DNA of 64,000 bases, taken from the NCBI GenBank assembly GCA_902386025.1, contig CABMHR010000001.1, forward strand, positions 99,741-163,740. Direction: 5' to 3'. The position numbers and the translations under genes were made by a program. This document shows, in pieces, positions 45,874 through 53,526 of this stretch. Position 1 is the stretch's first letter. Every line of letters begins with the position of its first letter. A model generated the notes under the pieces. The model saw only the letters and a list, made by a program, of their open reading frames with translations. It had not been told where the DNA came from and did not search any database. Origin of the DNA: an uncultured archaeon. Lineage in GTDB: Archaea; Nanobdellota; Nanobdellia; Pacearchaeales; GW2011-AR1.

Positions 45874-46368
45874 TTATTTTTTCTCTATGCTTGATTTAAT
45901 TTCCTTGAATGTTTTTGAAAAGTCCTTCTTCATATTTTTCCCGCTTATTCTGTCTTCATCTGGGAAATTTTCTTCTGGACATTTTATCTTGACACCAGCG
46001 TCGTTGATTCCCTTGAGGAATGCAAATGCCTTGTTCTTGCTGATAGCTCTTATCATTCCAATATCTGCTATTGGGGCTTTTAGCTTCTTGCCGATAATTT
46101 CTTTTCCGAGCAGGAATCCTGTAAGGTATGATGCAGGGACTGATTTCAGGCTTCCGCTGAATTCATCAGGCCAACCGTATTTTTTCAGATTCTTTGAAGT
46201 TATTCCAATTTCAATCTTGTCCTGCGCTTCTCTGCTAGACACATATTGGGCTATTATGTATTTGTTGGTTTTTCTGAATACAATTCTTGGAGATTCGCCT
46301 TTAAGAAGCTTGAATCTTCTGGCATAATCTGTCTTGCTTTCTCTTCGTCTTCGTTTGTCTATTTTCAT
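45874..46368 (-). CDS. rpl18: 50S ribosomal protein uL18
   Basis: RRRRESKTDYARRFKLLKG...PRIVFRKTNKYIIAQ. Confidence 0.9.
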   Translation of the reverse strand: MKIDKRRRRESKTDYARRFKLLKGESPRIVFRKTNKYIIAQYVSSREAQDKIEIGITSKNLKKYGWPDEFSGSLKSVPASYLTGFLLGKEIIGKKLKAPIADIGMIRAISKNKAFAFLKGINDAGVKIKCPEENFPDEDRISGKNMKKDFSKTFKEIKSSIEKK

Positions 46369-46766
46369 TTCTTTATTCCTCCAATGTAATTTTTGAAATC
46401 TGATTTGCTTGTGAAAAATCTATTTCTTATCTTCTTCCTGTAATCTTCTTTTTCTTTTTTTGTCATTTTTCCGCTTATTTCCTTAAGATGTTTTCTCAGT
46501 CTTCTTGTAAGTGCAACATATTCTTTTTTTCTTCTGTTGACTTTTTTTCTCACATTTCCAGTGCTTCTTCTCTTCTTCCTGTTTTCCAGTTTCTTTCTTC
46601 CTTTAATGGGAACTATGACTATTGCCCCGTCTTTATGCAAGTCTTTCATATCCTGTTTTGTAAGCGCTTCTTTTATCTCGTTTAATCTCGGTTCCATAAA
46701 TTTGATTCTGCTTTCTCCTACTCCAAATGTTCTTGCTGCAAGCGCTTTTTTCTTTTTTAAGTTCAT
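46365..46766 (-). CDS. rpl19e: 50S ribosomal protein eL19
   Basis: KKKALAARTFGVGESRIKF; operon position. Confidence 0.9.
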   Translation of the reverse strand: MNLKKKKALAARTFGVGESRIKFMEPRLNEIKEALTKQDMKDLHKDGAIVIVPIKGRKKLENRKKRRSTGNVRKKVNRRKKEYVALTRRLRKHLKEISGKMTKKEKEDYRKKIRNRFFTSKSDFKNYIGGIKK

Positions 46767-47233
46767 TCTTTCTTTTCCTCCGCTTTCTTTTCTTCCTTCG
46801 CCTCTTTCTCTTCCTTCTTGATTTCTTTCTTTGTTTTCTTTTCTTCTGCTTTCATCTTCTGTCTTTTTTCAAATTTTTTTAATATTTTCTTTGCATTTAC
46901 ATTTGAAATTTGAATTCCTTTTTCCTCTGCTTTCTTTGCAATTTCAAGTTTTTTCTTCATTCCGATGTTTCCTATTACTGCAATTTCATTTTTTCTTATT
47001 TTCTCAAGTTCCCTTGTATTCATTACAATAACTGGTTTTTTTCCTTTAATCATATCTCTTGTCTTCTCTTCTGTTCTGTATCCAATTTTTACTATTGCAG
47101 GATATCCTTTTCTTTCATTTCTTGTTTTGCTGTGTCTTCCTTTTGGGCTTCTCCAGACTTGCTTTTTCTTTCTTCCTTTTCCAAGTCTTGATGCCTTGCT
47201 CCAGTTTCTTCTAAGGAATTTTAATTTCGCCAT
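46763..47233 (-). CDS. rpl32e: 50S ribosomal protein eL32 (with K/E-rich C-terminal tail)
   Basis: RRNWSKASRLGKGRKKKQVWRSPKGRHSKTRNERKGYP. The tail reads KKFEKRQKMKAEEKKTKKEIKKEEKEAKEEKKAEEKKE. Confidence 0.9.
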   Translation of the reverse strand: MAKLKFLRRNWSKASRLGKGRKKKQVWRSPKGRHSKTRNERKGYPAIVKIGYRTEEKTRDMIKGKKPVIVMNTRELEKIRKNEIAVIGNIGMKKKLEIAKKAEEKGIQISNVNAKKILKKFEKRQKMKAEEKKTKKEIKKEEKEAKEEKKAEEKKE

Positions 47234-47234
47234 T

Positions 47235-47777
47235 TTAGATAGGTTCTCCGCATTTACTTGTTATGAATATTCCGTCTTGAAAGATTCTTCTGTCTCTGTT
47301 GACGATTCTTGTTACATTTTCAAAATTTGCGGCTGCCTGTCCTGCTGTCTCTTTGTCAGATGCATCTATTGTTATAATTTCCTTGTCAATCTGGACATTT
47401 GCACCTGCTGGAATTTTAACTTTCCTTGGAGAACGCTCCCCCAAAAAGTTTTTGATTATTGCTTCATTCCCCTTTACTTCAACAGTTATTGGGAAATGGC
47501 TGAAGCATATCTTCAGCTTGTATTCAAATTTTTCCTGAACCCCTTTTATCATATTCTGAATATGAGAAGCAATTGTGTTAATTCTTTTTTTCTCATTCTT
47601 TGAGGATTTTTTGTTTCCTATAATTATCTCATTTCCTTTTTTTTCAAGAGCAAGATTCATCAAGTCAAATTCTCTTTCATTTTTCTTTCCATCTTTTTCA
47701 ACAATTACTCTTGCTCCGTCTATCTTTGTTTCAATTCCTTCAGGAATTTCAATTTTTTTGAATAATTCTTTTTTCAT
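47235..47777 (-). CDS. rpl6: 50S ribosomal protein uL6
   Basis: IEIPEGIETKIDGARVIVEKDGKK.... The ATG at 47777 sits 1 nt after the rps8 stop; the track start at 47795 would overlap rps8 by 17 nt. Confidence 0.85.
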   Translation of the reverse strand: MKKELFKKIEIPEGIETKIDGARVIVEKDGKKNEREFDLMNLALEKKGNEIIIGNKKSSKNEKKRINTIASHIQNMIKGVQEKFEYKLKICFSHFPITVEVKGNEAIIKNFLGERSPRKVKIPAGANVQIDKEIITIDASDKETAGQAAANFENVTRIVNRDRRIFQDGIFITSKCGEPI

Positions 47778-47778
47778 T

Positions 47779-48159
47779 TTAGTAGAAATAAGCAATTAAG
47801 CTTCCTCCAATTCCTTCCTCAACTGCTTCCTCGTGAGTCATCAAGCCCTTGTTTGTTGAGATTATCATCTCCCCTATTCCTCTTGCAGGAAGATATCTTC
47901 TGATATATTTTTCAATTTCATCTTTTCCCACTGTGAATCTTGGCTTTATTGCCTTGCATTCTGCAACGTTTCCAAGAGTTATTTCAACGCTCTTTTCTTT
48001 TGGATTAATCTTATACTTCTTTATTGCTTCTTTTTGCTTCATTATTTTTAGAATTTCAATTAGCAAATTTGAGATTTTCTTTATCTCAATTGTTTCTTTT
48101 CCTGCTTTTCTGGCGTTTTTCATCATATTTAATGCGTCAGCAACTGTGTCCTGGCTCAT
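47779..48159 (-). CDS. rps8: 30S ribosomal protein uS8
   Basis: MSQDTVADALNMMKNARKAGK... Confidence 0.9.
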   Translation of the reverse strand: MSQDTVADALNMMKNARKAGKETIEIKKISNLLIEILKIMKQKEAIKKYKINPKEKSVEITLGNVAECKAIKPRFTVGKDEIEKYIRRYLPARGIGEMIISTNKGLMTHEEAVEEGIGGSLIAYFY

Positions 48160-48329
48160 TTTAATCTATAACCTCCAAGATTATCTAAATGAATTTCTTC
48201 ATTGCATTTAAATGGGTTTATCTTTTCTTTTGCCCACATCGGAATATAATCTGTTGCTATGTCTGTTAGGATTTTGAATTCCTTCTCGCTAATCTTTCTT
48301 TCAATTCTTGTTAAATGTTGTTCTTTCAT
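48156..48329 (-). CDS. Orphan small ORF E (57 aa, not in ORF track) inserted between rps14 and rps8
   Basis: Hand translation: MKEQHLTRIERKISEKEFKILTDIATDYIPMWAKEKINPFKCNEEIHLDNLGGYRLK. Its ATG lies 1 nt after the rps14 stop and its TGA forms an ATGA overlap with the rps8 start. It exactly fills an otherwise unexplained 171-nt gap. Confidence 0.55.
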   Translation of the reverse strand: MKEQHLTRIERKISEKEFKILTDIATDYIPMWAKEKINPFKCNEEIHLDNLGGYRLK

Positions 48330-48330
48330 T

Positions 48331-48561
48331 TTAGTTGTATTTTTTGAATCCGATTTCTGTTGCGATTTCTCTGAAGCAGTGTCGGCATAAATTTAATCCG
48401 TATGATTTGATGTGAGCATTGAATCTTCCGCATCTTTCGCATTTGTCAACTGCTATTCCTGTTGTTCTTTCTTTTGGTTTGTTGTGTTTTAAAAACTTTT
48501 CAAGCACAGCTGGTTTGTTCTTCAGCTGTTTTGTTATTTTTCTCCAATCTGATGCAGTCAT
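48331..48561 (-). CDS. rps14: 30S ribosomal protein uS14 (zinc-binding type)
   Basis: [25 protein letters not shown]. Confidence 0.9.
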   Translation of the reverse strand: MTASDWRKITKQLKNKPAVLEKFLKHNKPKERTTGIAVDKCERCGRFNAHIKSYGLNLCRHCFREIATEIGFKKYN

Positions 48562-48562
48562 T

Positions 48563-49102
48563 TTATCTGAATTCTGTCTGGAAATTGTCTTCCATAAATT
48601 TAATTATTTCTTCCCTGCTTATTGTCTGTCTTGCGGGGATTTTTCCTCTCTTCATTTTTCTCAAGCTGACTCTTCTTCCGTTTCTCTTGAAAACGACTGT
48701 TACATCCATCCCCATAATTCCTATGTCTCTTTGATATTCCATCCCAGGAATTTCAATATATTCTTTTATTCCGAATGAAAAATTATTTGTGCTTATCTGT
48801 TTTCTTCTTAATTTATTCTCAATTGCAATAAGCATTCTCTTCAGCATTTCATTTGCATTTTTTCTTATTGTAACAACTGCCCCAACTTCAAGTTTTGGAC
48901 GAACCCCAAATGCAGGAATTCTCTTGTGTGATTTCATCTTTGCCGGATTTCTTCCTGTAATCATATTAAGAAGCTTTACTCCTTTCTCAAGCTGTTCTGC
49001 AGTCCCGCCTATGCTTAATACAACTTTCTCAATTCTTATGTTTCTCATTAGGTTGTTTTCCATATCTTTCTTTTCTTTTGCTGGTTTTATTTTGTTTTCC
49101 AT
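48563..49102 (-). CDS. rpl5: 50S ribosomal protein uL5
   Basis: [17 protein letters not shown]..., [12 protein letters not shown]. Confidence 0.9.
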   Translation of the reverse strand: MENKIKPAKEKKDMENNLMRNIRIEKVVLSIGGTAEQLEKGVKLLNMITGRNPAKMKSHKRIPAFGVRPKLEVGAVVTIRKNANEMLKRMLIAIENKLRRKQISTNNFSFGIKEYIEIPGMEYQRDIGIMGMDVTVVFKRNGRRVSLRKMKRGKIPARQTISREEIIKFMEDNFQTEFR

Positions 49103-49104
49103 TT

Positions 49105-49755
49105 TTATTCTACTATCATAAGCTGATTTATTAAAATATTAATTTCTTTTTCTCCTGATTTTATTGTTGCAATCTTGTCCTCAATATTTAGCTTTGTAAT
49201 TTCTCCTTTCTTTCCGATATGTTTTCCTGAAAATACAACTGCCTTTGCTTTATCTTTCAAAGGTATGCATTTTTCTATCTTTCCTTCTTTAAGGTTGATT
49301 AATACAGAATCATTTGTGTTGCATTTGATGTCCGAAATAAAATTTCTCCCGTCGCTTAAATTTAACTGCGTCTTTTTCCCTTTCAAAACTTTCTTGTTTA
49401 TTATTTTTGCAATTTTTCTTCCCGCTTCATTGTCTTTTATTTCATTAAGGAAGAATTTTCCGTTGTCAGACAATTCAACTCTGTAGCTTTTCTTCAAGGG
49501 AAGAACATTAAGCGTGTCAAAGAACAGGACATTGCTTTTTTCATCTTTTACTGCTTTTTCATTTACCAAAATTTGTCTTGCGTGGATTATTTTTTTTGCT
49601 TCCCTTCTGTTCTGCGCCAGTTTCATTATTTCTCTTAATACAATAAGCATTGGGATTCCTTCTTCCATTCCGAAGTTGGGCTTTACTATGTATGCTGTTC
49701 CTTTTCTTTCAACAGGCCATTTGTTCGGTGCACTTTCACGTTTTAGATGGCTCAT
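49105..49755 (-). CDS. rps4e: 30S ribosomal protein eS4
   Basis: MSHLKRESAPNKWPVERKGTAYIVKP. Confidence 0.9.
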   Translation of the reverse strand: MSHLKRESAPNKWPVERKGTAYIVKPNFGMEEGIPMLIVLREIMKLAQNRREAKKIIHARQILVNEKAVKDEKSNVLFFDTLNVLPLKKSYRVELSDNGKFFLNEIKDNEAGRKIAKIINKKVLKGKKTQLNLSDGRNFISDIKCNTNDSVLINLKEGKIEKCIPLKDKAKAVVFSGKHIGKKGEITKLNIEDKIATIKSGEKEINILINQLMIVE

Positions 49756-49961
49756 AGTGCGTAAACCTCCCTTATTTTTTCACTGAAAAATTTCTGGTAT
49801 CCTCTAAGGTAATCTGTGTTGTCAGAAGTGATAAGAACAATTGCTAAATTGTCTAATTGTATTTTCTTTTCTTCTGAATTTTTAGCCAGTTCAATTCTTG
49901 ACATACATTCTGCACACTGGAAAATTCTTTTTCTTCCTTCTGCTAATTCTTTATTTTTCAT
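49752..49961 (-). CDS. Orphan small ORF D (69 aa) inserted between rpl24 and rps4e
   Basis: MKNKELAEGRKRIFQCAECMSRIELAKNSEEKK.... ATGA start/stop overlaps at both ends (with the rpl24 stop and the rps4e start). Confidence 0.6.
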   Translation of the reverse strand: MKNKELAEGRKRIFQCAECMSRIELAKNSEEKKIQLDNLAIVLITSDNTDYLRGYQKFFSEKIREVYAL

Positions 49962-50374
49962 TTTTTGTTCTCCTTAACTTCTGTTTTTTTTGATTGTTCT
50001 TCTTTGCTTGTTTTCATTCGTTTTTTGTCGTCCTGATTTAATTCTATAATCTGAAGATTTGAAGGCTGCATTTTAATGTTTGCTTTGCTTCCATCCTGCT
50101 TTTTTACTTGTATTCCTTCAATCTTTACTTTTGATGTCTTGACATTTACTTCTATTACTTTTCCTGTTTTTTTCTTGAATTTTCCCCTCATAATTCTTAC
50201 GCTGTCTCCTTTTCTGACAACAATGTTTCTTTTCTTGAATTTTTTTCTTAATTCTTTTGAAAGATTCACACTTAGCAAATTTCTTTTTATGTGAAGCGGA
50301 GCGTTCGCTGAATATTTTCTCTGCTTTCTTGGCTGGGAACTTCCTTTCCAGTGTTTGCTGAATTTGTTTTTCAT
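49958..50374 (-). CDS. rpl24: 50S ribosomal protein uL24 (KOW)
   Basis: VRKGDSVRIMRGKFKKKTGKVIEVN. Confidence 0.9.
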   Translation of the reverse strand: MKNKFSKHWKGSSQPRKQRKYSANAPLHIKRNLLSVNLSKELRKKFKKRNIVVRKGDSVRIMRGKFKKKTGKVIEVNVKTSKVKIEGIQVKKQDGSKANIKMQPSNLQIIELNQDDKKRMKTSKEEQSKKTEVKENKK

Positions 50375-50616
50375 CTTAATAGTTGTGCCTCTGCCTTATG
50401 TTTTTCCCAATATTTATTAATTAAACTGAAATATCCATCTTTGTAATCTGAGATGTTGTATCCTTCATCTTCAGCAATTCTTTCTATTTCCAGCACATTG
50501 CGTGCTTCTGCCCATATCTCCCCGCCTTTCTCTACTGCTTCCTCAAGCACTCCTAATCTTTTTTCTAATAGTCCGATAAGCCCTTCTCTAATTTTCCTTT
50601 CATTTTTTCCTTTCAT
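50371..50616 (-). CDS. Orphan small ORF C (81 aa from the internal ATG) inserted between rpl14 and rpl24
   Basis: MKGKNERKIREGLIGLLEKRLGVLEEAVEKGGEIWAEARN.... The ATG at 50616 lies 1 nt after the rpl14 stop, and its TGA forms an ATGA overlap with the rpl24 start. The 116-aa track version (to 50721) would overlap rpl14 by 104 nt. Confidence 0.6.
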   Translation of the reverse strand: MKGKNERKIREGLIGLLEKRLGVLEEAVEKGGEIWAEARNVLEIERIAEDEGYNISDYKDGYFSLINKYWEKHKAEAQLLR

Positions 50617-50617
50617 C

Positions 50618-51019
50618 TTAATATACAACTGCAGCGATTTTTGCCACAGACGGCCATCGCTCCATAACCTCCCTTGCAATTGCTCCTTTAATTTGAGTTC
50701 CTTTTGGATTTCCTTTTTCATCTTTTAGAAGAGCTACGGCGTTGTCTTCAAATGCTACCCTCTCCCCGTTTAATCTTCTGTATGATTTTTTCTGCCTTAC
50801 TAATATTGCATCAAAAACTTTTCCTTTCATTTCAGGAAGTCCTTTTCTGACGCTGACTTTCACCCAGTCTGCAATCTTTGCATACTGCTGTCTCCCCTTT
50901 GTGCTTTTCCCTCTCTTGACTGAAACTAATCTAACAATCTTTGCTCCGCTATTGTCAGCAGCAACCATTGTTGCTCCCAAATTCAATCCTCGTGATGCTC
51001 TTGCAGATATTGCTTTCAT
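50618..51019 (-). CDS. rpl14: 50S ribosomal protein uL14
   Basis: LNLGATMVAADNSGAKIVRLVSV. Confidence 0.9.
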   Translation of the reverse strand: MKAISARASRGLNLGATMVAADNSGAKIVRLVSVKRGKSTKGRQQYAKIADWVKVSVRKGLPEMKGKVFDAILVRQKKSYRRLNGERVAFEDNAVALLKDEKGNPKGTQIKGAIAREVMERWPSVAKIAAVVY

Positions 51020-51065
51020 TTTACAAACTCCTGTTGGAGAACGAATGAAAATATTTTATTTGCTT

Positions 51066-51260
51066 TCATTCTCCTTCCTCCGTAATTTTCTCTCCGTAAA
51101 TTCTCATTGGTATCCTTTTTCCATTCTCAACTGAATAATCCCCGTCATTTTCTTCTGCTGTAAAATTTTCAATTGGGATGAATTCGTAATTTCTTGTTGG
51201 TTTGTTAAATTTTCTTCTTTCTCTTTCAAGTTCTTTTTGTGTCATTTCAATTCTTTCCAT
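51066..51260 (-). CDS. Orphan small ORF B (64 aa) inserted between rps17 and rpl14
   Basis: MERIEMTQKELERERRKFNKPTRNYEFIPIENFTAEENDGDYSVENGKRIPMRIYGEKITEEGE. Its ATG shares a base with the rps17 stop (TAATG). A 46-nt spacer containing GGAG precedes rpl14. Confidence 0.6.
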   Translation of the reverse strand: MERIEMTQKELERERRKFNKPTRNYEFIPIENFTAEENDGDYSVENGKRIPMRIYGEKITEEGE

Positions 51261-51616
51261 TATCTCTCTCCTGCGTTTTTTATTTTTTTAATTACAGTGA
51301 AGTGGATTATCTTGCTTAATGGACGGCATTCTTGTATTTTTATCAAATCTCCGATATTGATTTGCTTCTCCATGCATTCTGCAAGATGAGCGTGTATTTT
51401 TGTTTTTGATTTGAAGTATCTCTCGAACTTTCTTGAATATACTCTTCTTTCAAGCTCGATTGTGACTCTTGTTGGGAGTTTCTTTGTAACTCTTCCTTCA
51501 AAGGTTCTTCCTCTGATTTTCAAATCTCCGTGAAGATGGCATTTCTTGTCGCTGCACGCAGCACCGCCTATTTCTGATTTTTCTTTCTGTTTCTTTTCGT
51601 TTTCTTGTTTTTTCAT
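51260..51616 (-). CDS. rps17: 30S ribosomal protein uS17
   Basis: GRTFEGRVTKKLPTRVTIELERRVYSRKFERY... Confidence 0.9.
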   Translation of the reverse strand: MKKQENEKKQKEKSEIGGAACSDKKCHLHGDLKIRGRTFEGRVTKKLPTRVTIELERRVYSRKFERYFKSKTKIHAHLAECMEKQINIGDLIKIQECRPLSKIIHFTVIKKIKNAGER

Positions 51617-51686
51617 TTTGTTTTTGTTTATGTGTGTTTTCTTTTCTCGTTTCTACCATTGTAGGTTCTTTTTTTAAAGAACCCCA

Positions 51687-51980
51687 TTAGTCAATCGACT
51701 CTGGGTTAAATCCAAGCTTCACAAGGACTTCTTTTATCTTTTTCCTGTGATCTCCCTGAAGTTCTACCTCGCTGTCTCTGTAAGTTCCGCCGCACGCAAG
51801 CTCGTTTTTAAGGGCTTTTGCGACTTCTTTCACATCGACTCCACTTAGTCCGCTGACAATAGTGACATATTTGCCGTATCTTTTCTTCTCGGCAGTCACT
51901 TTGATATTCTGCGAACCCTTAGCGATTTTTTCACACACGCAGGCTTGTTTTGGAAGCCCGCACTTTGGACATATTTCCAT
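51687..51980 (-). CDS. Translation initiation factor aSUI1 (aIF1)
   Basis: N-terminal Zn-knuckle CPKCGLPKQACVC, then KYVTIVSGL...ELACGGTYRDSEVELQGDHRKKI (SUI1 fold signature). Confidence 0.85.
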   Translation of the reverse strand: MEICPKCGLPKQACVCEKIAKGSQNIKVTAEKKRYGKYVTIVSGLSGVDVKEVAKALKNELACGGTYRDSEVELQGDHRKKIKEVLVKLGFNPESID

Positions 51981-52039
51981 TATGAAATTTGTTCTGCAAA
52001 TTTTATTTGTGTTGAACGAATTTTAATGAGTTCTGTCAT
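51978..52039 (-). promoter_or_regulatory. Hairpin + TAATG-coupled mini-ORF cassette, copy 3 (diverged; fills the rpl29-aSUI1 gap)
   Basis: Mini-ORF MTELIKIRSTQIKFAEQIS (52039..51980). Its ATG lies 2 nt after the rpl29 stop and its TAA overlaps the aSUI1 ATG. The hairpin at 51985-52003 (AAATTTG/CAAATTT) keeps pairing through two compensatory changes relative to copies 1 and 2. Confidence 0.5.
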
Positions 52040-52041
52040 GT

Positions 52042-52254
52042 TTATTTATCGTTCCCAACCTTCTTGAAATTTTTATTTTCTAATCTGTTGAGTGTTAATA
52101 TTCGTGCAATTGTCTTCTTTATTTCTTTTGCTTTTGAAGTTCCTGACTTTGAAGCATTTGCTCTTGTTTTTATAAGTTCAAATTTCAATTCGTCTATTTT
52201 TTTCATTCTTTCTTCCTTGCTCATTTTGTTTATATCTTTTATTTTTAATTTCAT
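52042..52254 (-). CDS. rpl29: 50S ribosomal protein uL29
   Basis: KMSKEERMKKIDELKFELIKTRA. Confidence 0.85.
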   Translation of the reverse strand: MKLKIKDINKMSKEERMKKIDELKFELIKTRANASKSGTSKAKEIKKTIARILTLNRLENKNFKKVGNDK

Positions 52255-52931
52255 TCTTTCTTCCTCCTTGCTTTAACTTTCTTTTCTTCTTTTTCAATCT
52301 CAACTGCTACTGAATTCATCTTTAACTTTTCAATAATATCTTTGTTCAGGACTAATTTGTCTGTCAAAACTGCATGAGGAGAAAGTATGCTGACTTTAAC
52401 CCCGACTGTTCCTGGGCGTGTTTGTGCTACTGCTCTTGCTCTATCAACTACTTTTGCAGTATCTCCGACTTTTCTAAGATATCCCTGCGAGAATCTCCAA
52501 GTTTTTGCCCTCGCACTTGGAAGCTTTCCTCCCAAGACAATCTCTGCTCCTAATGCTCCTGCATTCATAATTCTCTGAAGATTTTTGTAAGCAACTACCT
52601 TGAATTTCAGCGGGCCAAATCTTTCCAAGCTTAATGCAATTTCATCTGCAATAATCTGCGCGTCAAATTCTGGCTGGAGTATTTCATCAATTTCTATTCT
52701 TGGATTTTCAAGCTTGAATTTTGTCTTAAGCATATCTGTCAAGCTTTCTATTTTTTCTCCTCTCTTGCCTATAACAATTCCGGGCTTGTTTGTGGAAATG
52801 ATGACTTTTTCTCCGATAGGAGTGTATTCAATTTTTACTCTGCTGATTTTTCCCTTTCCAAGTATTGTTTTGATGTATTCCTTTATAGCAAATTCATCTT
52901 TCTTGAATTTTACAGTTGCTCTTTCTTCCAT
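52251..52931 (-). CDS. rps3: 30S ribosomal protein uS3 (KH domain)
   Basis: KPGIVIGKRGEKIESLT; operon position. Confidence 0.9.
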   Translation of the reverse strand: MEERATVKFKKDEFAIKEYIKTILGKGKISRVKIEYTPIGEKVIISTNKPGIVIGKRGEKIESLTDMLKTKFKLENPRIEIDEILQPEFDAQIIADEIALSLERFGPLKFKVVAYKNLQRIMNAGALGAEIVLGGKLPSARAKTWRFSQGYLRKVGDTAKVVDRARAVAQTRPGTVGVKVSILSPHAVLTDKLVLNKDIIEKLKMNSVAVEIEKEEKKVKARRKKE

Positions 52932-52937
52932 ACTGAT

Positions 52938-53525
52938 TTACTTTTTCTCCTTGTGTTTTTTCTTTATTTTATTTTTCTCCACAGCTTTTATGTGAATGTG
53001 AGTTCTTTTTCTTTTTATTCTGCCAAATCTCCCGTATGGGCGTGATGCTCTGTTCGGAACAGCTTCTGTGATTATCGGCTCTTCCATATTGTTCATATTT
53101 GCATTTGCTTTCAGGGATTTAAGCATCTGAATGAAAAATCCAACTGGCTTTGTCATATATCTTCCAGACATCATTCCCTTCCCTTTTCTGTGGGGAATTT
53201 CTCCTGTCATTGGAATTGCTTTTTTTAATTTTTCAACTTCTTCCAAATCTGAAATTGCCTTGTCTATTGATTTTCTTTTTATGAATTTGCAGATCGCAAC
53301 AGAATCTTTTGTTGATATAGGAAGAGATATTCCGTTTACAACAGATTCATCTCTCTTTACTTTTGGAATTATTTTTCTCTCTTTCTTTCCATTCTTATTT
53401 TCTTCTGCCTTTGCTTCTTTCTTTTCTTCCTTTTTCATTTCAGCTCCGTCTATCTTTTCAACATTCTTCTGTTTTTCCATTACTTTGTTTTCTCTCTGTT
53501 TTGCGTTGTAATCTTTTTCTGTCAT
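52938..53525 (-). CDS. rpl22: 50S ribosomal protein uL22 (with K/E-rich N-terminal extension)
   Basis: GISLPISTKDSVAICKFIKRKSIDKAISDLEEV. Confidence 0.9.
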   Translation of the reverse strand: MTEKDYNAKQRENKVMEKQKNVEKIDGAEMKKEEKKEAKAEENKNGKKERKIIPKVKRDESVVNGISLPISTKDSVAICKFIKRKSIDKAISDLEEVEKLKKAIPMTGEIPHRKGKGMMSGRYMTKPVGFFIQMLKSLKANANMNNMEEPIITEAVPNRASRPYGRFGRIKRKRTHIHIKAVEKNKIKKKHKEKK

Positions 53526-53526
53526 T

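Noticed and set aside
46780-46870. Purine-rich short tandem-looking repeats (GAAAGAAAAG-type) that could be mistaken for a microsatellite or array.
   Set aside because: They are the coding sequence of the K/E-rich tail of eL32. The period is irregular and there is no spacer/repeat organisation, so this is not CRISPR.
45887-47603. Long plus-strand ORFs from the track opposite the r-protein genes (45887..46327, 46537..46821, 46965..47603 at 212 aa, and many similar ones up to 57250..57684 and 59432..59959).
   Set aside because: They are F/L/S/I-rich low-complexity translations of the antisense strand of K/E-rich genes. They have no motifs, and every one is fully overlapped by a strongly supported gene on the other strand.
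50617-50721. Upstream 35 codons of the tracked 116-aa ORF overlapping rpl14.
   Set aside because: A 104-nt out-of-frame overlap with a universal r-protein gene is unlikely, while the internal ATG at 50616 fits the 1-nt spacing pattern seen at the other junctions.
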